Notes under the pieces: generated by a model
Told to the model about the DNA's origin: nothing
The model's database searches: none
The model's input: the letters and a program-made list of their open reading frames with translations, nothing else
Part shown: one piece after another, positions 58,250 to 61,182 of the stretch
Layout: each line of letters opens with the position of its first letter
Numbering within the stretch: the stretch's first letter is position 1
Made by a program: the position numbers and the translations under genes
Source: Octopus bimaculoides
Taxonomy: Eukaryota
Length of the DNA: 61,182 nucleotides
NCBI RefSeq assembly: GCF_001194135.2
Contig: NC_068984.1
Location: forward strand, 15,594,264-15,655,445
Direction of reading: 5' to 3'

Positions 58250-58431
58250 CCGATTGTCGATATGCAGTTAAATCTTGGTTATCTAATTAACAACATTCAA
58301 TCAACATGTATAGTAAAATCCGGCGGGTGATTGCTAAAAATCGTAGCAAAAAGCCACATAATTAATAACAGACAAATTTCATTTTCCAAGATGGCGTCCC
58401 TTTTGTTTCCCGCCCAAACAAGCAGTTCGAA
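58250..58431 (-). promoter_or_regulatory. RAD21: Candidate RAD21 non-coding first exon and promoter
   Basis: Strong donor GG|gtaagt at 58250/58249; YY1-type CGCCATCTT (58388-58396) and E2F-type GCGGGAAA (58406-58413) on the minus strand. Confidence 0.45.
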
Positions 58432-59870
58432 TAAAGTCTAATTACTGTATATACCTCCGACCAAGAAAATAGTTCCGTCAGAGTCTTTTAATTACTTGGT
58501 TAAAGTCAATACTGACACGGCTTATTTAAACTCGTGAAATCTTATCGAAATAAAATCCGGTAAAATTTTATAAAGATGGGATGAAATTGTTTAAATTTTT
58601 GTGTATTGCATTTAAAAAATATATAAAAAAACAAATTGAAATCCGAAAACACAGACATTCATAAGTGCGAATTAATCCTTTCAGAAAGAAGAAACGAGTA
58701 GAACGAGATTTAGGTCAACGGATCCCTCTTCTTAAATCACTTTCTAAATTAACAACTGGCACCATTTTGAAACTATTGCTTTGTTATGAAAAATTAAAGT
58801 TGGGTGTTACGAAAAAAATTCGATCAAGGCCAAATCGTATATGTAGAAAACGATATTCTTGATAAAATTCCCGAAAATGGTTCCGCTGTGACTAAGACAT
58901 TACTTTAGTAACGCAGAGCCTCGTTTTTGAAATGATTCTTTTGAAACAGGCCCTGCCCATGGAACGCCCTTTAGATAGAAGAATAACTTCAAGGGAAGGC
59001 CAAGGGATGGTTTATATAGTTGTTAATGAAACTAAGAGATGCTTATATGCAATTTATTTCGGAAGAATCCGTTTTATTAAACATTTTGATTATCATATCT
59101 ATCTATCTATCTATATATATATATACGCAAACATATATGTATATATATGTGTGCATGTATGCGTATCCCATATCTATAAATTTCTTAATTAGGGTAAATA
59201 ACATATATCCATATATAATTATTTGTAATTCTTCGTTAACTTAATCAATAAAAATTAACGCGTTATTTATGTAAATAAATATATTTAGTTTTACTTTAAA
59301 CTGTTAACATTTAAAAAAAAAAAATGATGATACGAAGTCTTTTACGTCATCTAATCAAGTAAATCTAATCGTGAAAAGCTGTATAGCTTCGTATAAACAA
59401 AATATTTTTTAGAGAAAATATTTTTTCTTTTTTAATGCAACACATTTATGGAAACGTTCCGGACCACAGTTTTATTCCTTAAGCCTTCCTATATATATAT
59501 ATATTATCTATATATATAGTGCGCGAGTGTATATATATATATATAGAGAGAGGAGGGGGTGGCGACATTACAGCTAGACGAATACGTCATGCAATTCCAT
59601 TCCCCTGTCTGTTGCTCTTAGTATTTCTGTCGTTCGCACGCTTGTGGTTATGTATATATATGTATGTATGCATATGTGTGTATATATACATATATATGTG
59701 TGTGCACATATATGTATCACATTTCTGTTTTCCGTACAGAGAAAGAGAGTAAAAAAAACAACCATTTATGCAAATTATAATATAGATAACATGAAAATAA
59801 AAAGCTAAAAACCAATGATATCAGTGAACGTGTAATTTGTCGTGGTTAGTTTTCCTTTCCCCAGCATATA

Positions 59871-59910
<40 letters not shown>

Positions 59911-61182
59911 GGGGAAAGAGATGTGTGTTTTATATATATATAGATATTAAGGTATATGTGTATGTATATCGTTATGGGTGTGTATATATATATGTCTATG
60001 TATGTAGAGTTCCATTTAACTGATTGTTGTTCGTACAGATAGATAGAGCTGTGCAAATATGACCATCACTACTACCATCATTATAATAATGTTTCTTGTT
60101 GTCACTACTCCTCTCACTCAATAATCCTCCCCTTCCTAATGCAAACCGGTAGAACTGGCTTCCTCGCTCGCTGCTTCGCACGTCTGTGTGTATATATATA
60201 TATGTTTAAAGAGCCAACTATGTTATTTCGAAGGATTTTTCTATTTTCTGCGTCTTAGATGCAACTGGTAAATGAATTATATGAAAACAAAATTCCAACT
60301 GAAAGGTAAAATTAAAAATATATATAATATAAACGCTTAATTTTCATGTAATTAAGGAGAAAAGATAGTGCTCTCTTATTAATTATATTTCCGTAATGTG
60401 AGGGTGAGAAAAAAGAACAAACAAACAAACCAAAAAAAACCTCACGAAATTTAGATGTTTAGCTTCAAACAAGTTGTTCACATTGCAGAACAATAAATCA
60501 GATGAAAGTCTTTTATATTTTTATTTTTATTTAACCTAATGTAAATTTTCTTACTGATCATCTGATCTTAATTGTTTCGACATTTCACTCAACAAAACGT
60601 TCTATGTGCTTTTCTTGAAAATCAATAACAATGGTGTTATGAATAAAATAACACGAGACCTGTATATAAAGAAGATATTTACAGTATGTTTAGACAAGAT
60701 ATAAAAACTATTTAAAGTTCATTGTATGGTTTCTTTTCTCTCACGGCTCGTCTCAGCAACTTTGATGCTTCTATCTACTTCTTGACACACATATATTAGT
60801 TGTGAGTAGCACGCATTTTTCTAAGTTAATTCATTCAACTTGCCAGCAAAGACTACTGTTTTGTTTAAATATATACTTATTTACTTCCATCAAGAATAGT
60901 GGGATTCTACCATCTAATCCATATCTTCAGTTATTCCTTTCGATCGAACCAGTTTATTCCTGATATTTTAATAAATCACCAAATTTTGGATCAATCTTTA
61001 AAAAGTTGACATAGATAATTGTCCAGAAGCCTTTATCTTTAAAAGACTTTAAAAAAAGTTAATGATTCTCCTGTGATGCTTAGTAGAATCAATGTGCATT
61101 TACGTATGTATTTATATTTTAAAATGAATTTAATTAATAAGCTAATTGCTATTCTGAGAGATTATTCAGTTTAACTGTGTAT

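Noticed and set aside
58391-58441. AAGATGGCG as a start codon of a plus-strand gene
   Set aside because: Frame closes after 16 codons with no donor; better read as a YY1-type motif.
1-61182. CRISPR arrays, rRNA, operons or other prokaryotic systems
   Set aside because: Sequence is intron-containing animal DNA; no regularly spaced repeat-spacer array or rRNA-like region seen.

Overview
AT-rich, microsatellite- and SINE-dense animal genomic DNA with several N gaps. The repeat families resemble those of octopus (coleoid cephalopod); this is an inference from recalled repeat motifs, not a search. There are two convergent spliced protein-coding genes. On the + strand is a pyrroline-5-carboxylate reductase (five coding exons, 11588-29695; the first exon with the GxGxxA motif was not found and probably lies upstream of the window). 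On the - strand is the cohesin kleisin RAD21 (ten coding exons, 52381 down to 34793; the last codons and stop fall in an assembly gap). All splice junctions are GT-AG and the frames join. Between the genes is a ~4.7 kb SINE-free stretch, probably a long RAD21 3' UTR. Introns carry relics of mariner (DD34D), a DD41D element, piggyBac, hAT, Gypsy, Penelope, RTE, CR1-like and CRE-like elements and several SINE families. I see no evidence of a wholly new biological system. The best leads are two Merlin-like foldback MITEs carrying TTAGGG-type repeats in the RAD21 5' region, a candidate 63-nt poison exon in RAD21, altered separase-recognition motifs with poly-Ala/Gln expansions in RAD21, a degenerate hammerhead ribozyme, and two candidate RAD21 promoters.
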